Below, in pieces: positions 40,065-50,939 of a stretch of 64,000 nt of DNA. The notes beneath the pieces are model-generated. The model did no database searches, was not told the DNA's origin, and saw only the letters and a program-made list of their open reading frames with translations. The DNA is from an uncultured Bacteroidota bacterium (GTDB lineage: Bacteria > Bacteroidota > Bacteroidia > UBA4408), in assembly GCA_903831265.1 (NCBI GenBank), contig CAIKXD010000028.1:9414-73413 (forward strand), written 5' to 3'. Each line of letters opens with the position of its first letter. Positions within the stretch are counted from its first letter, which is position 1. The translations under genes and the position numbers were made by a program.

Positions 40065-40125
40065 ACCCAAATTATGCAGCTAGAATCGTTGATCAAAAAG
40101 ATTTTTCAATGATATAAAAAGCTTG
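40065..40125. mobile_element. Single-ended remnant of the 2269..2440 MITE family
   Basis: ACCCAAATTATGCAG..AATCGTTG..ATTTTTCAAT.ATAT matches the reverse complement of the element's right end. Confidence 0.65.
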
Positions 40126-40134
40126 CACTGTAAG

Positions 40135-42786
40135 TTAACCACCTACCATCTTTTTTATTTCGTGGAGTTTCATAAGCGCCTCCACAGGTGTTAGCGTGTT
40201 AATGTCTGTCTTCAACAACTCCTCTTTTATATTGCTTAATACAGGATCATCTAATTGAAAAAAGCTCAATTGAAAATCTTGTTTTGGCAAACTCATTTTC
40301 TTTTGCTTGCCCGTAGTATCTTGCTGTTTATGCAAACGCTCTAAATGCGCTAATATTTGGTTAGCTCTTTCCAACACCAATTTTGGCATGCCAGCCATAC
40401 GCGCCACATGAATACCAAAGCTGTGCTCGCTGCCGCCTGCAGTAAGTTTGCGCAAAAACAATACTTTATTCTCGAGCTCTTTTACCGATACATTATAATT
40501 TTTTATGCGCTTAAAACGATCTGCCATTTCATTCAATTCATGATAATGAGTGGCAAACAATGTTTTGGCTTTAAATTGTTTGTGTTCGTGAATATATTCT
40601 GCAATACTCCATGCAATAGAAATACCATCGTAAGTGCTCGTACCTCTACCAATTTCATCTAATAAAATTAAACTACGGTTCGATAAATTATTTAAGATAC
40701 TGGCAGTTTCATTCATCTCCACCATAAAAGTTGATTCGCCTGAATTGATGTTATCAGAAGCACCAACACGCGTAAACACTTTGTCAACTAAACCAATTTG
40801 CGCATGTTTGGCGGGCACATAACAACCAATTTGTGCTAAAATTACAATCAAAGCCGTTTGCCTCAACACCGCAGATTTACCCGACATGTTAGGCCCTGTA
40901 ATAACAATAATTTGTTGTGTTTGATCATCCAAATAAATATCATTGCTTACATATTGTTCGCCTGGTGGTAATAATTTTTCAATTACCGGGTGTCTACCTT
41001 CTGTAATGCTCAATACCAAATCATTACTCACTTCGGGCTTCACATAATTGTTTTGTGTGGCACACTGTGCAAAGCCAAGCAAACAATCTACACGCGCTAC
41101 TAACGATGCATTTAACTGCACAGGCTGAATGTAGTCCATTAAGCTAATCACCAAATCGTTGTAGAGTTGTGTTTCTAGTGCTAAAATTTTTTCTTCGGCA
41201 CCTAAAATTTTTTCTTCGTATTCTTTTAGCTCTGGTGTAATATAGCGCTCGGCATTGGTCAAGGTTTGTTTCCTAATCCAATCGGTAGGCACTTTATTTT
41301 TATGGGTGTTGGTTACTTCTAGGTAATAGCCAAACACATTGTTGAATGAAATTTTTAAAGACGGAATACCTGTTTTTTCGGCTTCTTTTACTTGCATTTG
41401 CAACAAATAATCTTTGCCTTTAAAGGCTAAATTTCTGAGTTCATCCAAATCATGATTAACACCAGTACTAATTACATCTCCCTTATTAACCAAAGCAGGC
41501 GGATTAGGATTAATTTCTTTCTCTAAGCGCTCAGCAATAAGCAAGCAAGGATTCAGTTGCTCTCCAATTTTTTTGAGGTGATTATTGGTACTCTGTAGGC
41601 AAATTTCTTTTAAGTTTTTAATTTCAAAAAGTGCGTTTTTTAATTGTACTAATTCGCGTGGTGAGACCCTATTTACAGCCACTTTAGCAATCAAGCGTTC
41701 TAAATCGCCCATGCTTTTTATTTGACTTTGCATGGTTTCGGCTGTGTTGGCTTGATGCATAAAAAGTTCAACCAAATCTAACCTTTCTTTTATAGGCAAT
41801 AAATCTTTTAATGGCATGCCCACCCAACGCTTCAACATGCGCGAGCCCATTGATGAAACGGTATAATCAATAATATCAACTAACGATTTTCCTTTTTGAC
41901 CTTCGCCATAACCCGAGGGTTGAAACAACTCTAAGTTACGAATGGTAAAACGATCGAGCCATACGAAGCGTTCTTCATCAATACGCGTAAGATGACTTAT
42001 ATGATCAACTTTATCATGTTGCGTTTCGGCAAGGTAATGCAAAGCCGCACCAGCAGCAATAATACCAAGTGGCAATTGTTCTACTCCAAATCCTTTGAGC
42101 GAAGTGGTGCCAAAATGTTTTAATAAAATATCATTCGCGTAGTCAGTTGTAAAAACCCATTCATCAAGCGGAAACGAATAAAATCGCGACCCAAAATGCG
42201 CTGTAAAATCTTTGCGCAAGCTTTTCTGAAAAAGCACTTCACTTGGCTTTAAATTTTGAATTAATTTATCGGCATAATCCCAGGTGCCTTCAGCAACAAA
42301 AAACTCACCCGTTGAAATATCCAAAAACGATAATCCTGCTTTGTTTCCTTGCAAAAAAACCGCTGCTAAAAAATTATTGGAATGATTATCTAACACTTTA
42401 TCGTTGTAGGAAACGCCTGGTGTAACTAACTCTGTTACGCCTCTTTTTACTATAGTTTTGGTAAGTTTTGGATCTTCTAACTGATCGCAAATAGCAACAC
42501 GATGCCCGGCTCTCACTAATTTGGGCAAATAGGAATCAAGTGAGTGATGCGGAAAGCCTGCCAATTCAATATAAGCTGCGGCACCATTGGCTCTTTTAGT
42601 AAGTACAATGCCTAAAATACCTGAAGCCTTTATGGCATCTTCTCCAAAAGTTTCGTAAAAATCGCCCACACGAAACAACAAAAGCGCATCAGGATATTTT
42701 GCCTTAATGGTGTTGTATTGCTTCATGAGTGGGGTTTCTACCACACCATTTACACTTTTAGTTTCTTTATTTGCCTTTCCCGCCAT
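40135..42786 (-). CDS. mutS: DNA mismatch repair protein MutS
   Basis: [53 protein letters not shown]. Confidence 0.98.
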   Translation of the reverse strand: MAGKANKETKSVNGVVETPLMKQYNTIKAKYPDALLLFRVGDFYETFGEDAIKASGILGIVLTKRANGAAAYIELAGFPHHSLDSYLPKLVRAGHRVAICDQLEDPKLTKTIVKRGVTELVTPGVSYNDKVLDNHSNNFLAAVFLQGNKAGLSFLDISTGEFFVAEGTWDYADKLIQNLKPSEVLFQKSLRKDFTAHFGSRFYSFPLDEWVFTTDYANDILLKHFGTTSLKGFGVEQLPLGIIAAGAALHYLAETQHDKVDHISHLTRIDEERFVWLDRFTIRNLELFQPSGYGEGQKGKSLVDIIDYTVSSMGSRMLKRWVGMPLKDLLPIKERLDLVELFMHQANTAETMQSQIKSMGDLERLIAKVAVNRVSPRELVQLKNALFEIKNLKEICLQSTNNHLKKIGEQLNPCLLIAERLEKEINPNPPALVNKGDVISTGVNHDLDELRNLAFKGKDYLLQMQVKEAEKTGIPSLKISFNNVFGYYLEVTNTHKNKVPTDWIRKQTLTNAERYITPELKEYEEKILGAEEKILALETQLYNDLVISLMDYIQPVQLNASLVARVDCLLGFAQCATQNNYVKPEVSNDLVLSITEGRHPVIEKLLPPGEQYVSNDIYLDDQTQQIIVITGPNMSGKSAVLRQTALIVILAQIGCYVPAKHAQIGLVDKVFTRVGASDNINSGESTFMVEMNETASILNNLSNRSLILLDEIGRGTSTYDGISIAWSIAEYIHEHKQFKAKTLFATHYHELNEMADRFKRIKNYNVSVKELENKVLFLRKLTAGGSEHSFGIHVARMAGMPKLVLERANQILAHLERLHKQQDTTGKQKKMSLPKQDFQLSFFQLDDPVLSNIKEELLKTDINTLTPVEALMKLHEIKKMVGG

Positions 42787-42975
42787 AAGTGCTCAAAGTT
42801 AAAATTTAGCCGCTAATTTTTTTAACTTGTTGAAAAAGAAGTTTTGTTTTATTGAAATGTTTAAGGATTTACAAAACAAACCAAGTTACCTTACATAATA
42901 CATCAAAAAAACAATCAAATATTTACTCAACCACAATTCACTTCATTAAACTACCATCTATATCCCATTTCTTCA

Positions 42976-42998
42976 AACAAATTACCCCATAATTTGTT
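42976..42998. promoter_or_regulatory. Palindromic candidate operator upstream of the photolyase operon
   Basis: Perfect AACAAATTA-N5-TAATTTGTT ending 21 nt before the ATG. Confidence 0.5.
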
Positions 42999-43019
42999 AT
43001 ATAGCTAGCAATTCAAGAG

Positions 43020-44516
43020 ATGCAGCAACAAGAAATAAATATTGTTTGGTTTAAACGTGATTTACGATTTACAGATCATGAACCGCTATATTATGCGCAA
43101 AAATCAGGTTTGCCTGTATTGTTACTTTATATTTTTGAACCTTCGGTAATGGCCTACCACGACAGTGATGTAAGACATTGGCGCTTTGTTTACGAATCAT
43201 TACAAGAAATGAATGGCAAATTAAATGCATTGCAAACACAAGTATATATATGCCAACACGAAGCAGCCTTTGTTTTTAGCACTTTGTTTAAATTTTTTAA
43301 TGTAAAAAACATTTATTCATCGCAGGAAATAGGCAATGGTCTTACCTTTGAACGTGATATTCAAATGCAAAAACTATTTGCTGCAAATAAAATTAGTTGG
43401 CATGAGTTTCAAACAAATGGTGTTGTTCGAAAATTAAAAAGCAGGCAACATTGGGAAAAAATGTGGGAAACCACCATGACCTCAACACCCAAAATTATTG
43501 ATGAAGAGGCATGGCAATTTGTAAATATATCCGAAGAAATTCATCAAAAAATTAAAGGACCAACACTTGCAAATGAAATAACAGCAAGAAATAAAAACTT
43601 TCAAGAAGGTGGCGAGTACTGGGCTTGGCGTTATTTAAACAGTTTTTTAAAAGAACGTTACGTTAACTACAGCAAACACATTAGCAAACCATTATTGAGT
43701 AGAAAAGGCTGCAGTAGACTATCTCCGTATCTGACATATGGCAATATTAGTATGCGCATGGTGTATCAATACACAAGGCAACATTATGCTAATTCAAACA
43801 ACAAAAGAGCTTTATCAAATTTCATCTCAAGGTTACACTGGCATTGTCATTTTATACAAAAATTTGAAGATGAATGCAGGTACGAATATGAAAATATTAA
43901 TAGCGCCTACAACGCGCTTATAAAGCCTAAAAACCAAAATTATATTGATGCTTGGCAGCAAGGTAAAACAGGAGTTCCTATTGTTGATGCCTGCATGCGT
44001 TGCTTAGTTGCCACTGGCTATATCAATTTTAGAATGCGCGCCATGGTAGTATCTTTTTTTGTGTTTAATCTTTGGCAAGATTGGAGTGAGTTACACTTTT
44101 TAGCAAAGCAGTTTTTAGATTACGAACCTGGCATTCATTACCCACAATTGCAAATGCAAAGCGGCACTACAGGTATCAATACCATTAGAATTTATAATCC
44201 TATAAAAAATTCTGAAGAGCACGATCCCGAAGGTTCATTTATAAAACAATGGATTCCAGCGCTAAAAAATATACCTCCACATCTTATTCATGAGCCACAA
44301 AAATTAACGCAAATAGATCAGCAACTTTATGGCTGCACCATTGGAAAAGATTACCCCTACCCTATTGTTGATATAGAAGAAACAAGAAAGAATGCCAGCG
44401 ATATTGTTTGGCAGTACAGAAAAACTGCTGCTGTAAAAATTGAAGGAAAACGAATATTAGCAAAGCATGTAAACAATCCAAAATCTTTTCTAACACAAAA
44501 TGAAAAAAGGAGCTAA
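43020..44516 (+). CDS. Cryptochrome/DNA photolyase family protein
   Basis: [58 protein letters not shown]. Confidence 0.92.
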   Translation: MQQQEINIVWFKRDLRFTDHEPLYYAQKSGLPVLLLYIFEPSVMAYHDSDVRHWRFVYESLQEMNGKLNALQTQVYICQHEAAFVFSTLFKFFNVKNIYSSQEIGNGLTFERDIQMQKLFAANKISWHEFQTNGVVRKLKSRQHWEKMWETTMTSTPKIIDEEAWQFVNISEEIHQKIKGPTLANEITARNKNFQEGGEYWAWRYLNSFLKERYVNYSKHISKPLLSRKGCSRLSPYLTYGNISMRMVYQYTRQHYANSNNKRALSNFISRLHWHCHFIQKFEDECRYEYENINSAYNALIKPKNQNYIDAWQQGKTGVPIVDACMRCLVATGYINFRMRAMVVSFFVFNLWQDWSELHFLAKQFLDYEPGIHYPQLQMQSGTTGINTIRIYNPIKNSEEHDPEGSFIKQWIPALKNIPPHLIHEPQKLTQIDQQLYGCTIGKDYPYPIVDIEETRKNASDIVWQYRKTAAVKIEGKRILAKHVNNPKSFLTQNEKRS

Positions 44517-44964
44517 ATTAAGTGTATCAATTCTATTGCCTTTAATTATTGGAGGTATATCGGGCTATTATACCGCAGCAAATATTCAAAGTTGGTATGT
44601 AACATTAATTAAGCCCTCTTTTAACCCACCAAACTATTTGTTTGGACCCGTTTGGACAAGTTTGTACATCATAATGGGTATTTCATTTTATATGATTTGG
44701 AGCAGCACAAAATCTAATAAAAATAAATTAATTGGTATTTACCTCTTTCAGCTTGTGTTAAATTTTTTGTGGAGTTTTATTTTCTTTAAATATCATGCTA
44801 TAGGTATTGCCGCCATAGAAATTGTTGTTTTATGGTTAAGTATTTTAACCATGATTATGATGTTTTATAAAAACAACAAATGGGCAGCATTCATTAACAT
44901 TCCGTATTTGTTGTGGGTAAGTTTTGCGAGTGTTTTAAACATAAGTATTTACCTCTTAAACTAA
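44500..44964 (+). CDS. tspO: TspO/MBR tryptophan-rich sensory protein
   Basis: [39 protein letters not shown]. Confidence 0.92.
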   Translation: MKKGAKLSVSILLPLIIGGISGYYTAANIQSWYVTLIKPSFNPPNYLFGPVWTSLYIIMGISFYMIWSSTKSNKNKLIGIYLFQLVLNFLWSFIFFKYHAIGIAAIEIVVLWLSILTMIMMFYKNNKWAAFINIPYLLWVSFASVLNISIYLLN

Positions 44965-44969
44965 TTTTA

Positions 44970-45683
44970 ATGAACACGTTTTTAAACGCAAAATGGAGCA
45001 ATTTAATTATGGCCAATTATGAAATTGATCCAAACTTGCTAATGCCTTTTCTCCCAAAAGGTGTGGAACTCGACTATTACCAAGGTAAATGCTATGTGAG
45101 CTTAGTTGGATTTTTATTTGAAAATACACATATTTTTAAAATTCCTATTCCCGTTTGGGGAACTTTTGAAGAAGTAAATTTAAGATTTTATGTGGTGCGA
45201 AAAGTGGATGGCGAAACAAGGCGCGGTGTAGTTTTTATTAATGAAACTGTACCCAATAAAATAGTGGCCTTTATTGCAAACAAATTGTATAAAGAACATT
45301 ATACAGCCGTTCCCACCAAATACAGCTGGCAAATAAATGAAGCGCAAAAGCAAATTGAATATCACTGGAAAGTAAAACAAACTTGGAACAGTATTAAAGT
45401 TAATGCTTCAGCCGAAAAAGAAAAAATGAAACAAGGCAGCTTTGAAGAGTTCATATTTGAACATTATTATGGCTACACTAAAGTAAATGATCATAAAACT
45501 TTGGAGTATAAAGTTGAACATCCTAGCTGGGAAATAAATAAAATAAACAACTATCAAATCAATTGCGATTTTAAACTATTTTATGGTGCGCCTTTTAAAG
45601 TATTAAATGATTCAAAACCTTATTCGGTAATGCTTGCCGAGGGTTCTGATGTGCGTGTAAAATGGAAAAGAAATGAAATTTAA
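44970..45683 (+). CDS. DUF2071 / YqjF family protein
   Basis: [43 protein letters not shown]; start at MNTFL (44970). Confidence 0.8.
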   Translation: MNTFLNAKWSNLIMANYEIDPNLLMPFLPKGVELDYYQGKCYVSLVGFLFENTHIFKIPIPVWGTFEEVNLRFYVVRKVDGETRRGVVFINETVPNKIVAFIANKLYKEHYTAVPTKYSWQINEAQKQIEYHWKVKQTWNSIKVNASAEKEKMKQGSFEEFIFEHYYGYTKVNDHKTLEYKVEHPSWEINKINNYQINCDFKLFYGAPFKVLNDSKPYSVMLAEGSDVRVKWKRNEI

Positions 45684-45700
45684 AATGCTTTAAAACAACA

Positions 45701-45838
45701 ATGAAAGGGGTAAAAAAAGAAAATCTTCCGGCCAAAATTTGCATGCATTGCAACAAACCTTTTAGCTGGCGAAAAAAATGGGAAAAAAATTGGAATGAAG
45801 TAAAATACTGCAGCGACAGATGCAGAAAACAAAAATGA
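45701..45838 (+). CDS. DUF2256 domain small Cys protein (45 aa; absent from the ORF track)
   Basis: [45 protein letters not shown]; CxxC...CxxxC pattern. Confidence 0.9.
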   Translation: MKGVKKENLPAKICMHCNKPFSWRKKWEKNWNEVKYCSDRCRKQK

Positions 45839-45844
45839 TAAAGA

Positions 45845-47389
45845 ATGAATAAAAGTAAAATAGTTAGATTAATTCTTGGCGATCAGCTCAATATAAATCA
45901 CTCATGGTTTTGCGAGGTAAATAATGATGTTACTTACGTGTTGATGGAAATTCAATCGGAAACCAATTACGCACAACATCACATTCAAAAAGTGCTTGCT
46001 TTTTTTGCAGCCATGCAGCAGTTTGCAGCACATCTTAAATCGTTAAAGCACCAAGTAATTTATTATAAACTAAACGATAAAAATAATTTACAAAGCTTTG
46101 ATAAAAATATACAATCATTAATTAATACACATGGTTTTACGCACTTCGAATACCTGCTGCCCGATGAGTACCGTGTTGATGAACATTTATTGTTGCTTAC
46201 TAAAAATCTTAAAATTACGCATCGCGCCTACGATACCGAACATTTTTACACTGAACGCAACGAGTTAGGTAATTTTTTTAAAGGTAAAAAAACATACCTT
46301 ATGGAAAGCTTCTACAGGTACATGCGTAAAAAACACCAAGTGCTTGTGGTAAATGGCGATCAGCCACTTCATGGCCAATGGAATTTTGATGGAGACAATA
46401 GAGAAAAACTACCAAAAAATCATCATCCCATTGCACCTCTTTTATTTTCGAATGATGTAAGTGAAATTGAAAAAGAAATTATAGAAGCCAATGTAAAAAC
46501 CATTGGAACCGTTAATTCCAACAACTTTATATGGCCTGTAAATAGAGCGCAATCGATCGAATTACTTAATTTTTTTGTTGAGCATTGCTTAGCGCTATTT
46601 GGTACTTTTCAAGATGCAATGGCACCAAACGAGTGGTCCTTATATCACTCACGATTATCATTTGCAATGAATATAAAAATGATATCGCCACAAGAAGTAA
46701 TTGAAAAAGCCATTGAAGCTTATCAAAAAGCACCTGATAAAATCCAATACAATCAACTAGAGGGTTTTGTGCGTCAAATTATTGGTTGGCGAGAGTATAT
46801 GCGAGGCATCTATTGGGAAAAAATGCCACAATATGCGCAGTTTAATTACTTTGAGCATCATGAAAAATTACCTGATTATTTTTGGACAGGCAAAACAAAA
46901 ATGAATTGCTTAAAAAATGCCATACAACAATCATTACAATTTGCCTATGCGCATCATATTCAACGTTTAATGATTACTGGTAATTTTGCACTCTTAGCAG
47001 GCGTTCATCCCGATGAAGTTGATGCCTGGTATTTAGGTATTTATATTGATGCATTAGAGTGGGTAGAAATTACCAATACGCGCGGTATGAGTCAGTTTGC
47101 AGATGGTGGCATTGTAGGTTCAAAACCTTATGTAAGTTCGGCAACCTATATCAATAAAATGAGTTCTTATTGCACAGGATGTTATTACAATAAAGCAAAA
47201 AAAACAGGCGATAAAGCTTGTCCGTTTAATAGTTTGTATTGGAATTTTTACGATAAACATGAAAGCAAATTGGCTAAAAATCCTCGCATTGGCATGATGT
47301 ACAATGTATGGCGAAGAATGCAACCTAATGATAAAACTGAACTACTTACACAAGCCGAATATTATTTAAAACATATAAACGAACTATAA
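45845..47389 (+). CDS. FeS-cluster bacterial cryptochrome/(6-4) photolyase (PhrB/CryB-type)
   Basis: LILGDQL, EGFVRQIIGWREY, HHIQRLM, four Cys (MNCL, YCTGC, ACPFN). Confidence 0.92.
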   Translation: MNKSKIVRLILGDQLNINHSWFCEVNNDVTYVLMEIQSETNYAQHHIQKVLAFFAAMQQFAAHLKSLKHQVIYYKLNDKNNLQSFDKNIQSLINTHGFTHFEYLLPDEYRVDEHLLLLTKNLKITHRAYDTEHFYTERNELGNFFKGKKTYLMESFYRYMRKKHQVLVVNGDQPLHGQWNFDGDNREKLPKNHHPIAPLLFSNDVSEIEKEIIEANVKTIGTVNSNNFIWPVNRAQSIELLNFFVEHCLALFGTFQDAMAPNEWSLYHSRLSFAMNIKMISPQEVIEKAIEAYQKAPDKIQYNQLEGFVRQIIGWREYMRGIYWEKMPQYAQFNYFEHHEKLPDYFWTGKTKMNCLKNAIQQSLQFAYAHHIQRLMITGNFALLAGVHPDEVDAWYLGIYIDALEWVEITNTRGMSQFADGGIVGSKPYVSSATYINKMSSYCTGCYYNKAKKTGDKACPFNSLYWNFYDKHESKLAKNPRIGMMYNVWRRMQPNDKTELLTQAEYYLKHINEL

Positions 47390-48694
47390 ATGAAAACTTC
47401 AATTGTTTGGTTCAAAACCGATTTAAGATTACACGACAACGAAACATTAGTAAATGCGATAGCGCAGAGCGATTCTATTATTCCAGTATATTGTTTTGAT
47501 GAAGCTCACTTTAACAAAACTGCTTTTGGTTTCCAAAAAACTGGTGCATTTAGAGCACAATTTTTACTTGAATCATTGCTTAATTTGGATAAAAATTTAC
47601 GCCAATTAGGTTCAGGATTAATACTTTTACACGGCATACCTGCTCTTGAAATTGCTAAGCTTGCGCAAAAATATAAAGCCACAAAAGTATTTGCTAAGAA
47701 AGAAGTGGCAAGTGAAGAAATAAAAACACACCAAGCGGTGGAAGCAGCACTTTGGAAAATGCAAATACCACTTGAAACATTTAGCACAAGCACTTTATAT
47801 CACGCTAAGGATTTACCTTTTCCCTTAAAAGATATTCCCGAAATATTTACGCAGTTTAGAAAAAAAGTTGAAACAGAATCAGAAATCAGAAAGGCATTTG
47901 AAAAGCCAACTTCCATAAAATCTCCGGTAATAGAAAACATATGTTTGCCCACTTTAAAATCGTTAGGACTTAAAACGCCCAAATATGATTGCAGGGCGGC
48001 TATTGAATTTAAAGGAGGCGAAAGTGCCGCACTTGAAAGGCTAAATCATTATTTCACCGAAACGCAAGCCATATCAAGATATAAAGAAACAAGAAATGGA
48101 ATGATTGGTGCCAATTACTCCAGCAAATTGGCTCCATGGATGGCACAGGGCTGCATATCGCCTCGCAGCATATACTATCAATTAAAAAATTATGAATCTA
48201 TTTATGGTGCAAATGAGTCAACGTATTGGTTGGTTTTTGAGTTACTTTGGCGCGATTACTTTAGGTTTATGATGAAAAAACACCAAACACAATTTTTTCT
48301 TCAACAAGGTTTAAAGGGCGCAACTAGTAGCGCATACAAACACAACGTTAGCAAATTTGAAGCCTGGAAAAATGGCAAAACGGGTGTAGATTTTATTGAT
48401 GCCAACATGCTCGAATTAAAGCATACTGGTTTTATGAGTAACAGAGGAAGACAAAATGTAGCCAGTTATTTATGTCATAATTTAAAGCTCGATTGGCGCT
48501 ATGGCGCTGCCTATTTTGAAGAGCAGTTGATAGATTATGATGTTAGCAGCAACTGGGGCAATTGGTCTTATATAGCCGGTGTAGGAAACGATCCCAGAGA
48601 AAACAGGGTGTTTAATATCGAAAAACAAGCCCTTACCTACGATAAGAATAAATCGTACAGACAACTGTGGCTAGAGGATGAAATGATTAGCTGA
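47390..48694 (+). CDS. DASH-family cryptochrome
   Basis: WFKTDLRLHDNE, YKETRNGM.G.NYSSK, FELLWRDYF, GFMSNRGRQNVAS, AGVGNDPR. Confidence 0.92.
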   Translation: MKTSIVWFKTDLRLHDNETLVNAIAQSDSIIPVYCFDEAHFNKTAFGFQKTGAFRAQFLLESLLNLDKNLRQLGSGLILLHGIPALEIAKLAQKYKATKVFAKKEVASEEIKTHQAVEAALWKMQIPLETFSTSTLYHAKDLPFPLKDIPEIFTQFRKKVETESEIRKAFEKPTSIKSPVIENICLPTLKSLGLKTPKYDCRAAIEFKGGESAALERLNHYFTETQAISRYKETRNGMIGANYSSKLAPWMAQGCISPRSIYYQLKNYESIYGANESTYWLVFELLWRDYFRFMMKKHQTQFFLQQGLKGATSSAYKHNVSKFEAWKNGKTGVDFIDANMLELKHTGFMSNRGRQNVASYLCHNLKLDWRYGAAYFEEQLIDYDVSSNWGNWSYIAGVGNDPRENRVFNIEKQALTYDKNKSYRQLWLEDEMIS

Positions 48695-48712
48695 TTAGCA
48701 AATTAGCTGATT
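48685..48712. repeat. Short 8-nt tandem repeat (ATTAGCTG/ATTAGCAA)
   Basis: G-ATTAGCTG-ATTAGCAA-ATTAGCTG-ATT spanning the cry-DASH stop codon. Confidence 0.5.
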
Positions 48713-48773
48713 AAATTAATGTGCCAATTTTATAATTTATTAGCGTTTTTTAATTAAGTATTTTTAGGGCAAA

Positions 48774-48862
48774 CCCTTTCGTTATTTGAGCAAAGCCTTG
48801 CTCAAATAACGAAAGGTCGGGCTGTGCGCGGTACAAGGTACCTTGCTTCCATCCCTTTTGCA
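48774..48862 (+). ncRNA. Structured intergenic element, Flavo-1-RNA-like, copy 2
   Basis: Perfect 19-bp hairpin (48775-93/48798-816) then GGTCGGGCTGTGCGCGGTACAAGGTACCTTGCTTCCATCCCT. Confidence 0.6.
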
Positions 48863-49029
48863 TAGGTGTAGTGTTAAAATGAAACAACTGCCTATTTCCA
48901 AGGCTTTAGCTGCAAACTAGTTAATTAAACCCCAACATTTTAACAGTTGGCGCTAACACTAAAGGTTTAATTAGCGTACTATTAAAGAAAGTACTAATTT
49001 AGCTATATCAAAATGGTGATTTTTTAACA

Positions 49030-49599
49030 TTGCAAATAATAGTAGATCATAACATAATAGAAGGTTGTTTAAAAGGCAATCGTTTGTCGCAACAGCAGTT
49101 GTACAAGCATTGCTTTGACTTTTTAATACGTATTTGCAGGCGTTACGTTAGTAATAATGATGATGCGGTAGACCTCATCAATCAAAGCTTTTTAAAAATA
49201 TTAAACAACCTGGCCACCTTTAGAAAAAACGAAAATTTTGAAGCCTGGATAAGCACCATTGCAGTGCACACCGCCATAGATCATATTAGAAAAAACAAAA
49301 GATACAGAGAGCGTGTGGCCCTTAGCGATGATTATAAAATTGAATTGTTTGATTATAATCAAATAAGTATGAATGTGGCAGCAGATAAAATGATGGCCGA
49401 TGATATCATGAAAATGATACAACAGCTGCCCATTTTAACCCGCGAAGTATTAAATTTAAATGTAATTGAAGGATACCATCATAAAGAAATTGGAGAAATG
49501 CTTGGCATTTCAGAAGAAGCATCGAGATGGCATTTGCACAAAGCCCGTCAAATATTAAAAGAAAAATTATTAGTAAATAAAAAAGTAAAAGTAGCGTAA
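49030..49599 (+). CDS. ECF RNA polymerase sigma factor
   Basis: Region 2 (DAVDLINQSFLKI..FEAWISTIAVHTAID) and region 4 (EGY.HKEIGEMLGISE..SRWHLHKAR). Confidence 0.92.
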   Translation: MQIIVDHNIIEGCLKGNRLSQQQLYKHCFDFLIRICRRYVSNNDDAVDLINQSFLKILNNLATFRKNENFEAWISTIAVHTAIDHIRKNKRYRERVALSDDYKIELFDYNQISMNVAADKMMADDIMKMIQQLPILTREVLNLNVIEGYHHKEIGEMLGISEEASRWHLHKARQILKEKLLVNKKVKVA

Positions 49600-49600
49600 C

Positions 49601-50938
49601 ATGGTAGATACAGAAGATAACTTTAATGAGTTTTTAAAACAAAAAGTGGAAGAAAGCCACTTTGAGTACAATGAGGCTTATTGGCTAAAAGCAGAAAAAC
49701 TGATAGAAAATGCTGAACCAAAAAGAAAGCCATTTTGGTTTGGCTTTGCTTGGGGCGCATTATCATTAGCCTTGGTTGGTGGCATTGCCGCAATGGTTTT
49801 AAATCTTAACCAACCAAAAAACAAATTGGCGCAAACGACTCAAAAGAGCAATGTTGGATTAATTACTAATGCAAGTGCGCAAGAAACAAATACGCAAAAA
49901 ACGCAAGCTGTAATAGCAGCTAGCCAATTAAACTCCAAAGCCAATCATGTGCAATCCAAAAAAATAACTGGCGCTAAAGTGGCTGTGCAAAATAAAACCT
50001 ATGCTAATGCATTGGCCAGCAACAACAATAAAAGTGGCATAAAAAATTCAATTGTGCATAGCAATGTAAATGAAAAAAGTAAGCAATCAAATACCAATAT
50101 CACCGCAAGTGTCAACAATCGTTATAAAGGCAGTTTTAGCCAGGTAAAGAGTTTATCGTTGCCAAAATTGCCTAAAAGCACCGTAATTGAAAATGAAGAT
50201 GATGATGTAGCAGAAGATCATAAAGTAATAACAATTGCAGAACCTGTAATTATTAGGGCAAAAGCGCCTTCAGTTAAAGATATTGATGTAAATATAGTAG
50301 CCGCTTGCGAAAATAAAAACAAGCATGAATGGATGTTTAATATACTTGCAGGCGTTAGCGACAGCAGAGGTTTTGAAGGTAATACTGCTACAACTTCAAG
50401 AATTGGATTTGGTTATTTTGGTGGATTTAGATTAGGATATAAAATTGATAAAAATTGGTTTGTAGGTGTGCAACCCTTAATATACAACAGGGGTGCAATA
50501 AATACAAGTATTCAAACACAAAAAACAGCTTACGATTTTGGTGCCAATGCCGACGAATTTATAGTAAAAAACAAAGCCTTGTTATTTGCCGAAATGCCTG
50601 TTTCTGTTGGGTACAGAGTACAACGTCATCAAATAAGTGTAGGTGCCGGATTTGAATATTTGGTAAATGTAAAAAGTGATGTAAAAGATTTTGGCACTGC
50701 AGCTTATACACCCAACCAATGGGGCTACACCAATGGCTTTAACCGCTTTGGAACCATTGCAATATTTAATTATGCATTTAATGTTTACAACCAACTATGG
50801 TTAACCATGATGGTGCAAAAAGGATTTACCGATTTAACAAAAGCAGATTATTTTACTACCAATAGCAAAGACAAAAATTTAAACCTACGAATTGGTGTAC
50901 AATACCAATTTAACAATCAAAAAAAGAAAGGAAAATAA
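49601..50938 (+). CDS. Putative anti-sigma factor with TM helix, low-complexity linker and C-terminal outer-membrane beta-barrel
   Basis: Short N-terminal helical domain (FLKQKVEE..YNEAYW), TM, Asn/Lys/Ser linker, amphipathic strands (EMPVSVGY, NLRIGVQYQF); starts 1 nt after the sigma stop. Confidence 0.7.
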   Translation: MVDTEDNFNEFLKQKVEESHFEYNEAYWLKAEKLIENAEPKRKPFWFGFAWGALSLALVGGIAAMVLNLNQPKNKLAQTTQKSNVGLITNASAQETNTQKTQAVIAASQLNSKANHVQSKKITGAKVAVQNKTYANALASNNNKSGIKNSIVHSNVNEKSKQSNTNITASVNNRYKGSFSQVKSLSLPKLPKSTVIENEDDDVAEDHKVITIAEPVIIRAKAPSVKDIDVNIVAACENKNKHEWMFNILAGVSDSRGFEGNTATTSRIGFGYFGGFRLGYKIDKNWFVGVQPLIYNRGAINTSIQTQKTAYDFGANADEFIVKNKALLFAEMPVSVGYRVQRHQISVGAGFEYLVNVKSDVKDFGTAAYTPNQWGYTNGFNRFGTIAIFNYAFNVYNQLWLTMMVQKGFTDLTKADYFTTNSKDKNLNLRIGVQYQFNNQKKKGK

Positions 50939-50939
50939 G

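Noticed and set aside
48685..48730. ATTAGCTG tandem repeats as a possible CRISPR or contingency locus
   Set aside because: Only about 3.5 units of 8 nt, with no spacers and no cas genes
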